A program made the position numbers and the translations under genes. A stretch of 33,346 bases of DNA, taken from positions 1 to 33,346 of the forward strand of contig CAYFHS010000030.1 in NCBI GenBank assembly GCA_964342815.1, read 5' to 3'. The stretch is from an uncultured archaeon. GTDB lineage: Archaea; Thermoplasmatota; Penumbrarchaeia; JASLWR01. Below the pieces are notes generated by a model. The model was not told where the DNA came from. It did no database searches and worked only from the letters and a program-made list of their open reading frames with translations. Shown here piece by piece: positions 18,552 to 26,061 of the stretch. Every line of letters starts with the position of its first letter. The first letter of the stretch is position 1.

Positions 18552-18694
18552 GTATGTGGATATGTTTTTTTAAGTATAAAATCGTTGGGTTCAGTTTGGC
18601 GATTTGATAATGCAAATTATTCATCCAGCGGGCGGTATCGGAGGGAAAAGAGTGTGGGATCACAGACCCGATCGAGCAAATCCATAAATCGGCC

Positions 18695-18841
18695 GACATA
18701 TGTCCATAATTACCATTGACAAATGGCTACTAACAACATTAATAAATATTCCTTTCTATCCCAACAAATGTTACCTTCTGCATTAGACAAATGTCCCAGC
18801 ATCTCATCGACAAATGTTCCTTTCACACCTCGACAAATGTC
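18695..18841 (+). repeat. Array of seven 10-bp pseudo-palindromic direct repeats (consensus GACAAATGTY) at 23-bp periodicity
   Basis: Copies at 18695 GACATATGTC, 18718 GACAAATGGC, 18741 AATAAATATT, 18763 AACAAATGTT, 18786 GACAAATGTC, 18809 GACAAATGTT, 18832 GACAAATGTC; spacings 23,23,22,23,23,23. Confidence 0.9.
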
Positions 18842-18896
18842 TTATGTTACAAACATATAGGTCTAATTTTACTTTCACTCACCCCCCCTATTAATC

Positions 18897-18921
18897 TTTA
18901 TATAATGACCAAACATTTGTC
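18897..18921 (+). promoter_or_regulatory. Putative TATA box followed by an inverted copy of the array motif
   Basis: TTTATATA at 18897-18904; AACATTTGTC at 18912-18921 is the reverse complement of GACAAATGTT. Confidence 0.65.
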
Positions 18922-18983
18922 CATTAGTCAGGGGTTTTCCGTTGCCTATGACCCATATGAAAAAGAAAAACGGGGTTGATATC

Positions 18984-19409
18984 ATGAAAGTACGGAAAAG
19001 CAAACAGAAACGAAAGAAATATAGAAGTTTAATAAAAGTCATTGAAGGAAATATTTCCGAAAAAATCCATCAAGATGAAGCAAAAATATTACTACACATC
19101 CTGATATACCATTTCGACGGTTTTACTCGCCAACAGCAAATAATAAACACATACATGTCGTTAAAGTATCACTGGGGCAATAAACGTACTTCGAGAGTTC
19201 TAAAAACACTAGCAGCAATTGACGTAATTGATCGCTGGAAGTCGGAATCCGATAATTGGACCTTGTTTTTCCTGGTCAAAGGTTTCATCGAAGAGTGTAG
19301 AAATAAAATTTATCTAGCCAGCTTCAATATTAAAGAGAGATTAAAACGTTATTATTCGGCAATCCTCGCCATCACCCGTATAAGGAAAATGGCTTTGGAA
19401 CCTGAGTGA
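18984..19409 (+). CDS. Basic hypothetical protein with winged-helix-like pattern
   Basis: ATG 18984 behind GGGGTTGAT (longest ORF starts at 18942). K/R-rich N-terminus, three predicted helices (EAKILLHIL / QQQIINTYMS / NKRTSRVLKTLAAIDVI) and a beta-wing-like segment (DRWK...WTLFFL). Confidence 0.6.
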   Translation: MKVRKSKQKRKKYRSLIKVIEGNISEKIHQDEAKILLHILIYHFDGFTRQQQIINTYMSLKYHWGNKRTSRVLKTLAAIDVIDRWKSESDNWTLFFLVKGFIEECRNKIYLASFNIKERLKRYYSAILAITRIRKMALEPE

Positions 19410-19484
19410 TTCAGGTATACATAATTTCCTTTACGAACGGGAATTAGATCCTTTCGATCTTAAGCTATCATGTTTAGATATCGA

Positions 19485-21278
19485 TTAATAAGGATCAAAC
19501 ACTACGATCTGGGTGGATTTTTCGTCGCTGTCAAACCAGTATAGCATTCCCCTTTTCGCGTCAATGAACTTGTAGGCGATTACGTCATTCCCAGCGCCCA
19601 CTATCTCATAAAGTACTTTATCAGAGCCGAGGCTGAGATTTAAATTATCATCCGCGCTGATCTGAACAGTCTTATTCGCACCGCCGCTGAGGTTTATCAC
19701 TTCATCCATAAACGACCCCACAATGATTCCATTGTCAAAAGCTCCTTCGAATCCCTCGTTGAAACGTATCTCTATAAGTGTCTGGTTTGTCTTGTTAAAA
19801 AGGAAATCAATTTTTCCATCCGTATAATATGCGATCCAGATGGTATTGTTTTCTTCCACCCGATATATCGGAGGACCATAAAGGTCAATTACTTTGTCCA
19901 TACCGTCTCCGATCATAACATAGTTCAACCCGATTCCTTCCTTAATATTAACGCTTGTATACGGTTGGAATACTACAATCTGGGTAACTGTTTTATTTAT
20001 ATCGAACCAATAAAGAATACCTTCGGGAGCATTGATAAACATATATGCGGTTGTTTTATTATCGGGGTCGATCTGTTCATAAAGAACCCGATCCACACCA
20101 TAAACCAAATTTTCACGACCATGTAAACTCACTTTCACGGTCTTCTCCGCATCCCCGTTTGCATTAATGATACTGGTTAAAGACGAACCGATCGAGAGTT
20201 GATTTATTGTCCCAAAATCAAAACCTTCGTTAAACCTGACCTCAAGCACTTCTTTTGTAACGTTATCTATGAGAAAATCAATTCCAGCAAGTTCATGATA
20301 AACCATCCAGATCGTGTCATTGGTCAGTACCTTTTCTTCTGGTTCACCCAACCAACCGAGTATCTTGCTCTCCATATCGCCCGAATGCATTTCACCGAGC
20401 CATTTCGAGGCAATATCATATTTCACCGGATAAGGGTTGAAGACCACTATCTGGGTTACATTTTCATCCGGACCAAACCAGAAAAGTATTCCCTTTTCAG
20501 CATGGATGAACTTTGAAAACGAAATCAAACCGTTTGCACCTATCTGTTGATATAACACTTTATCGCTACCGAATATATACTTATCCGATCCATCGCGGTT
20601 GGTTTTCAAGATTTTGTTTGCCCCTCCATAAGCATCAAGAACGGAATTCAGGTCGGTACCAATGGTTATCCCTGATTCTAAGTTGCCCTTAAAACCGGTA
20701 TTGAAGCGTATCTCGGTTATCTTCCCCGTTTGTTTAGATAAAAGAAAATCAATACCGTTCTTCTCGTGGTATTTCACCCAGATGAATGTATCGGTTTCGC
20801 TGCTGCTTTCGGGATCTCCGAAAACCTCTACGATCTTGGATAGCTCATCCCCGATCTGGATCTCATCGAGACCTTTGCCCTCAATAATTATCTTTTTCGC
20901 ATCCTCTTTTTTCTCCTCGTCCCCACCGAAGTAGACGAAACCAACGATTATTAGGGATGCTACTATACCTATGGCGATAAAAGTGAATATCACCCGTTTT
21001 ACCGAGGATTTTCCTTTAGCTCGTTTGGATATTTTCTCATCGGATAATTGTCTCATATATTCCTTGGAGATCTCTTCCGGCTCACCAAATTCCTCTATTA
21101 TTTTCTTGATCTCGCTCGATGATAATTCACCCTCATCGGAGCCTCGAGCCTGGTCAATCTTTTCAAACAGATGTCCTTCGATCTCCTGGACTATGGATTT
21201 TTTCTGCTTTCTATCAATCTGGGCAAGCTCATTTTCAATTTTTTTCAAATAGGATTGAATCTCTGGTTGCAATTTCAT
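19485..21278 (-). CDS. HAAS (DUF1700-like) membrane protein with three ~156-aa extracellular repeats
   Basis: N-terminal YLKKIENEL...EIEGHL...FGEPEEIS (HAAS), one TM, then three repeats each ending TQIVVF.PY; TAATG overlap with padR. Confidence 0.85.
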   Translation of the reverse strand: MKLQPEIQSYLKKIENELAQIDRKQKKSIVQEIEGHLFEKIDQARGSDEGELSSSEIKKIIEEFGEPEEISKEYMRQLSDEKISKRAKGKSSVKRVIFTFIAIGIVASLIIVGFVYFGGDEEKKEDAKKIIIEGKGLDEIQIGDELSKIVEVFGDPESSSETDTFIWVKYHEKNGIDFLLSKQTGKITEIRFNTGFKGNLESGITIGTDLNSVLDAYGGANKILKTNRDGSDKYIFGSDKVLYQQIGANGLISFSKFIHAEKGILFWFGPDENVTQIVVFNPYPVKYDIASKWLGEMHSGDMESKILGWLGEPEEKVLTNDTIWMVYHELAGIDFLIDNVTKEVLEVRFNEGFDFGTINQLSIGSSLTSIINANGDAEKTVKVSLHGRENLVYGVDRVLYEQIDPDNKTTAYMFINAPEGILYWFDINKTVTQIVVFQPYTSVNIKEGIGLNYVMIGDGMDKVIDLYGPPIYRVEENNTIWIAYYTDGKIDFLFNKTNQTLIEIRFNEGFEGAFDNGIIVGSFMDEVINLSGGANKTVQISADDNLNLSLGSDKVLYEIVGAGNDVIAYKFIDAKRGMLYWFDSDEKSTQIVVFDPY

Positions 21279-21646
21279 TATTTTACCTCCAGACTTTGAA
21301 AAATTCCGCTCAATATGTCACGTAAATTCCGCCAGGACTTTAAACCCTCCTGAAGCGCGGCCGTGCCCTGATCGGTTATCCGGTAGTATTTCCTAGGCGC
21401 GCCCTTCGGAGATTCACCAAGATATGAGGTCATGAATCTCTGTTTTTGAAGATATCTGAGAATCGGATATACCGTTCCTTCCTGAAATTTCAATCTTCCC
21501 TTGGTGGCAACGTTTAGTTTCTGGATAATCTTATATCCATATATCGGTTCATCACTACCATCAATTACATATAACGACAGCAGAGCAATAAAACCCGATC
21601 TCATTTCCCGCTCGAGCTTGTTTTTGAAATTCTCAACATTATCCAT
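21278..21646 (-). CDS. PadR-family transcriptional regulator
   Basis: YGYKI, GTVYPILRYL, RKYYRITDQG. Start reassigned to ATG 21646. Confidence 0.93.
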   Translation of the reverse strand: MDNVENFKNKLEREMRSGFIALLSLYVIDGSDEPIYGYKIIQKLNVATKGRLKFQEGTVYPILRYLQKQRFMTSYLGESPKGAPRKYYRITDQGTAALQEGLKSWRNLRDILSGIFQSLEVK

Positions 21647-21668
21647 TCTAACACCAAGAGATGCACAG

Positions 21669-21687
21669 TACATAGAAGTTCTATGTA
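21669..21687. promoter_or_regulatory. Putative PadR operator (perfect inverted repeat)
   Basis: TACATAGAA-G-TTCTATGTA, 23-41 bp upstream of the padR ATG and just downstream of a BRE/TATA-like CGAAAAGTATAATA on the minus strand. Confidence 0.8.
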
Positions 21688-21823
21688 TTATATGCCCCAA
21701 GGTATTATTATACTTTTCGGTTAATTTTATAAAAGTAAAATACCTATTTAAAATTAATTAAAAGAAATGGTAAAATAACGTAATTATCCACTTGTGAATT
21801 TGTTCTGTTGGACCGGATTACTT

Positions 21824-21841
21824 GACAAGTCACCACTTGTC
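21824..21841. other. Inverted repeat / hairpin downstream of the dCTP-deaminase-like gene
   Basis: GACAAGT-CACC-ACTTGTC: perfect 7-bp stem, with no U-tract next to it. Confidence 0.4.
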
Positions 21842-21869
21842 CTGTTTGGTGAGCCAGGATGGGTCACCT

Positions 21870-22316
21870 TTACTTCAGAATATACAGCGATGAAACCCGC
21901 GCATTTTCCTTGATATCGATACCCTGGGTTCCCACCATGAGGTGTATCTCCACCACTGACATGTTGCCGGTCACTATTCTCGGCGCGTGGAAGGCTCCGC
22001 TGTTCAGCAGCCTCGTGTGAGGTGAGATAATTCCTGCCAGGTTATCAAGCTCCAGCGATTCGTTGAACTGGATGAGATAGGTTCCGCCGGTAAGGTGCCA
22101 CCAACCGTACTCGTCCTCGGTCTCCTTCTTTTGAGGCGGGATCTCCTTTCTGGGTCGTATAATATGATCGCTGCCGCCGAAATCCACCGCGCCCTTTCCG
22201 GTTAAAAGAAAGATGTGTTTTACCGTCAAATCCAAATAATGATCGTTCTGCTGAGTATCCATGTGGATCGTATTCCCAATATGTGCGATTATCTCATTTC
22301 CTGCCATGAGTTCCAT
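21870..22316 (-). CDS. dCTP deaminase/dUTPase-superfamily protein (divergent)
   Basis: DLTV, G.VDFGGS, WWHL..GTY.IQFNE, IKENARVS resemble short archaeal dCTP-deaminase-like proteins. Start placed at ATG 22316 behind GGAGGGA. Confidence 0.65.
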   Translation of the reverse strand: MELMAGNEIIAHIGNTIHMDTQQNDHYLDLTVKHIFLLTGKGAVDFGGSDHIIRPRKEIPPQKKETEDEYGWWHLTGGTYLIQFNESLELDNLAGIISPHTRLLNSGAFHAPRIVTGNMSVVEIHLMVGTQGIDIKENARVSSLYILK

Positions 22317-22413
22317 AGACGTTCCCTCCATAATAGTATTAGTGGTAAACAAAACCGATACATATAACCTTTTCTATCACTCGGCACGCTCGGTAATGCA
22401 ACGACATTGGAAA

Positions 22414-23499
22414 TTATTCATTCGCTTCTTTGAACGTGGTCAGGAATTCAGCCAGGACCCGAACCCCTTCAACCGGCATGGCATTGTAAATGCTAGCTCT
22501 CATCCCACCTACGGATCTATGCCCCTTCAGTCCCACAAGGCCCCATTCCAGCGCTTCTTTCGCGCATTTCGATTCCAATTCCGAGGTCGTAAGGTTAAAG
22601 GTTACGTTCATCAGTGAACGGCTGTCCCTGGCGGTATAGCCCAGATAAAAACCGTCACTGGTATCGATGACGTCGTAGATGATCTTCGCTTTTCTCTTGT
22701 TGATCTTTTCCACGGCTGCCAGACCCCCCATCTCCTTTAGGTAATCCATTGACAGCTTGCAGATATAGGTCGTCCAACACGGTGGGGTGTTGAACATGGA
22801 ACCTTTGTCCACATGTGTTTTGTAACGCAGCATTGTGTGTATCTTCTCGCTGTGCTTTCCAACGAGATCGTCATGGATGATCACCACGGTAGTTCCCGCC
22901 GGACCAAGGTTTTTCTGCACTCCGGCGTAGATGAGATCGAATTTTTCGAAATCCATCACCCTCGACATGAAATCGGAACTCATATCACATACCATGGGAA
23001 CATCGCCTGGATCCGGGAAATCCTGCATCTCCGTGCCCCTGATGGTGTTGTTGCTTGTGCAGTGAAAGTAAGAGGCATCGGGATTCAAGCTATAGTCCCT
23101 GGGAATATACGAATATTTTTTATCCGCACTTGAAGCCACCACGTTGCAGCCGCCAAATATATTTGCCTCGATTATGGCTTTTTGGGACCATGTCCCCGTA
23201 TCCAGAATATCAGGAAGCTTTCCCTGGACCCAGAGGTTCATGGGGACCATGGCGAACTGAGTGCTGGCGCCGCCCTGTAAAAAAAGCACGTGATATTCTT
23301 CGGATAAACCATGAAGCTCCCTTACCAGGGCCTGGGCGTCTTCCATCACCTTGTCGAAATCTTTGCTCCTGTGAGATATCTCCATAATGGACATCCCCGT
23401 ACCATTGTAATCAAGAAGTTCATCCCTAGCTTTCTCCAGAACCGGACGAGGGAGAGTTGCGGGTCCTGCGTAGAAATTGTATATTTTTGTCATTTTCAT
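22414..23499 (-). CDS. serC: Phosphoserine aminotransferase (bacterial SerC type)
   Basis: NFYAGPATLP, MEISHRS, LFLQGGA, DMSSD, QKNLGPAG (PLP Lys), FNTPP, GHRSVGGMRASIYNA. Confidence 0.96.
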   Translation of the reverse strand: MKMTKIYNFYAGPATLPRPVLEKARDELLDYNGTGMSIMEISHRSKDFDKVMEDAQALVRELHGLSEEYHVLFLQGGASTQFAMVPMNLWVQGKLPDILDTGTWSQKAIIEANIFGGCNVVASSADKKYSYIPRDYSLNPDASYFHCTSNNTIRGTEMQDFPDPGDVPMVCDMSSDFMSRVMDFEKFDLIYAGVQKNLGPAGTTVVIIHDDLVGKHSEKIHTMLRYKTHVDKGSMFNTPPCWTTYICKLSMDYLKEMGGLAAVEKINKRKAKIIYDVIDTSDGFYLGYTARDSRSLMNVTFNLTTSELESKCAKEALEWGLVGLKGHRSVGGMRASIYNAMPVEGVRVLAEFLTTFKEANE

Positions 23500-23534
23500 G
23501 CCTCGTTTTGTTTTAGATGATTCCAAACAACTGC

Positions 23535-24896
23535 TTATTCCAATTTATTTATTGTAAAACCGGTGTATACCTTGGGATAAAAGAAGGTAGATTTTTGCGG
23601 CATTGTCTCGAAATTACCAGCAACGGCCTCCACCTCACTCACCTTTGTGGGATTCATGAAGAATACTGCCTGGGCTCCCCGGTCCACCATATCAATAGAT
23701 TCGCTCACTGCATTACCGATACCCTTAATATACTCCACGAATGACCCTCCGCCGATGGTACCTGCCGACAGTTTCTCCTTGTTAATCCCCAAGTACCGGT
23801 CAAGAATCAGGGTGTGCAGTATCGTGACGTCCAGTTTCTTCCATGCATCCGACTTTCCTACTATTCCATCCATGACACTTTCGTCCCGGAGAGACAGACC
23901 ATAGAAATTGCTGTCGTTTCCATAAATACCAAAGGAGTGCTTGGAGTGACCGAAATCCCTAGCCATGCCTGAGAACATCTCTTCCCGGGCCGTCGTTCCC
24001 GCTCCATAGCTGATAATGTCAAAATACTTTCTCAATTGCTCAATTAGAGAACTTATATCAAATCCTTCAATATGCTGAATCAGACGGTGAGTCGGAAGGA
24101 CAACCAAGCCGGGATTGGACATGTTCACAAAGGTCATCATTCGGTTTCCCGCGCTCTTCATTTCCGGGTTTTCCCTGCTGTAAGCCAATGCGGTCTTGTA
24201 TCTGTGATGACCGTCCGCGATAATAGCATAGTTGCCCGCCATGGCATTCGATATGTCACTAATATCGTTCTCATCCATTATCACCCACAGCTTGTGGGAA
24301 ACACCGAGATCATCATTTGCCACCATTACCGGTTCTTCTTCCATCTTTAAGGCCAAAATTCCATCGATTTTGCCAGCAGGATCGGGATAGATTACGAATA
24401 TCTGCCCAAAGTTAGACCGGGTCGCTCTTAAAAGGCTCAGTCGGTCCTCGATATCCTTCGGCAAGGTTTCCTCATGCTGCAGAACACCGGCGAATTTCTC
24501 ATCATCTCCATAATCAAGAGTACCAAAATCTTCAATTTCGATGAGACCAATGAAACCCCATCTCGTGTAATGGCGGTCCTGACAGTGAAAATCCTGTGCG
24601 TAAATGTAGAAGACTTTCTTTTCTTCTTGGATCAAAATCCCTCGGTCGATCCATTCGAGAAGGTGATCACTTGCCCTTGAATACTCATTGTTTTCCTTAT
24701 CATCCATATCGCACCTTTCGCCCTTTATTATATGTGAAATGTTGTAGGGTGAACGTGAGTGCAGACGTTTCACCAACTTTCCTTTGATTACGTCATAAGG
24801 AGGGGAGATCACATCCTTGAAATCGGAAATCATGTCGGCATTATACCGATAGCCTGTGAATGGGAGGACTCGTACCATATGGGCGCGTAATTTCAT
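23535..24896 (-). CDS. DUF1015-family protein (ParB/Srx-like fold)
   Basis: PF.GYRY, SPPYDVI, HEETL, IADGHHRYKTA, MPQKSTFFYPK...G. Confidence 0.9.
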   Translation of the reverse strand: MKLRAHMVRVLPFTGYRYNADMISDFKDVISPPYDVIKGKLVKRLHSRSPYNISHIIKGERCDMDDKENNEYSRASDHLLEWIDRGILIQEEKKVFYIYAQDFHCQDRHYTRWGFIGLIEIEDFGTLDYGDDEKFAGVLQHEETLPKDIEDRLSLLRATRSNFGQIFVIYPDPAGKIDGILALKMEEEPVMVANDDLGVSHKLWVIMDENDISDISNAMAGNYAIIADGHHRYKTALAYSRENPEMKSAGNRMMTFVNMSNPGLVVLPTHRLIQHIEGFDISSLIEQLRKYFDIISYGAGTTAREEMFSGMARDFGHSKHSFGIYGNDSNFYGLSLRDESVMDGIVGKSDAWKKLDVTILHTLILDRYLGINKEKLSAGTIGGGSFVEYIKGIGNAVSESIDMVDRGAQAVFFMNPTKVSEVEAVAGNFETMPQKSTFFYPKVYTGFTINKLE

Positions 24897-25057
24897 TTCT
24901 CCGATTAATAGGTTTTGTTATATTGTAATAAGTAGACAAATCTTCATGCGGGTATGTAGCTGTTTTCTTCTGAAAAATCCCATTTTTTCAGGTCATATTA
25001 TTTCAGCGTATACAAAAGAAAAAATATCGCTCCATCCTTGCCACAGCAGTGTGCCGA

Positions 25058-25312
25058 TTATCCGTGATAAATTTTCAATATCAGAACAATAAGTGCAAAT
25101 ATAAAAGTTATACCGTTGGCGACTATAAGAGGCAAATCACCGATCAACAGTCCATAAATAAACCAAAGTGAAACTCCGGTTGTAAGAACGATATACATTA
25201 ACAGTGAAATATCGTTAGTTTGTTTAGATTTTATCGTCTTTATAACCTGAGGAAGAAAAGCAATGGTGGTGCAAAAGGCTGCGATCAATCCAAGAATAGT
25301 GATCCAATTCAT
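25058..25312 (-). CDS. SemiSWEET / PQ-loop transporter
   Basis: 84 aa, three TMs, AF.PQ.IKT and DIS motifs, P...AN in TM3. Confidence 0.92.
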   Translation of the reverse strand: MNWITILGLIAAFCTTIAFLPQVIKTIKSKQTNDISLLMYIVLTTGVSLWFIYGLLIGDLPLIVANGITFIFALIVLILKIYHG

Positions 25313-25361
25313 GCATAACCCGTACAATAGTAATAAAAGAAATTGATCGACAATAAAAATT

Positions 25362-25595
25362 CTAGAACTGAGTTCCCATCAAGGTCTTGGTGTCCAATAT
25401 TCCGGGAATGGTCCGTATCTTGTACATGACAATATGGCCTACTACATTGAAATCTTCAGCTTCGATCTTTGCTATGATGTCGAATTCGCCAAAGAGAGGA
25501 TGATGTTCCACTATTTCGGGAATGGTCGATAGAGCGGAATGGATGTCGCGCTCTTTCATTGGTGCGATACTTATGAGAATAAAACCTACGGCCAT
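25362..25595 (-). CDS. Stand-alone Lrp/AsnC ligand-binding (RAM) domain protein
   Basis: 77 aa; E.H.LFGEFDIIAKIEA and IRTIPGILDT.T; no HTH. Confidence 0.88.
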   Translation of the reverse strand: MAVGFILISIAPMKERDIHSALSTIPEIVEHHPLFGEFDIIAKIEAEDFNVVGHIVMYKIRTIPGILDTKTLMGTQF

Positions 25596-25777
25596 GATAT
25601 CACTTCCGTGTTATTGTTACAAGATATTAATAAACCTTTCTGAAACTCAGTCAGGGTAGAGAAAAAGTCGATACTTCCCACAAGAATGTTCAAATTCACC
25701 CATAAATTATATTAATATTGAGTTGTATCTAAGATACGCTTAATAAAAGTGTCTTTACCAAATCCGGTGGTTATAAA

Positions 25778-26059
25778 ATGAAAAGAAGTGCAGTCGTCCT
25801 TATAATCATGCTCTTGCTGACAACGTTTCTATTACCTGCAGTAGCTGCAAAGGGCGGCGGCAGTGGTGGAGGAGGCGGAGGAGGCAGTTATCGGGGAGGA
25901 GTATATTACAGGAGCGGGGGAGGAGGTGACGATGATGATGATGATGATGAAGGGGACATAGGTGGAGGTATATTCTGCATCATTGCCATTGCGTTCGTCC
26001 TGCTCTTCGTTATTCTCATCATCGTGGCAGTGAAAAAGGCTAAGAATAAGATCAAGTAA
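25778..26059 (+). CDS. Small secreted/membrane-anchored glycine-rich protein
   Basis: Signal peptide ending AVAA, Gly-rich segment, D7 run, GGG + TM + basic tail. Confidence 0.75.
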   Translation: MKRSAVVLIIMLLLTTFLLPAVAAKGGGSGGGGGGGSYRGGVYYRSGGGGDDDDDDDEGDIGGGIFCIIAIAFVLLFVILIIVAVKKAKNKIK

Positions 26060-26061
26060 TA

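Noticed and set aside
18695-18841. CRISPR or TIGR-type guide array
   Set aside because: The 10-bp repeats and 12-13-nt spacers are far too short for CRISPR, there is no 36-nt dual-repeat unit, and no Cas or Nop-domain gene is nearby. Kept as an unexplained array instead.
18791-18979. 62-aa ORF over the array
   Set aside because: No RBS, and it runs through the repeats and the TATA box; probably spurious.
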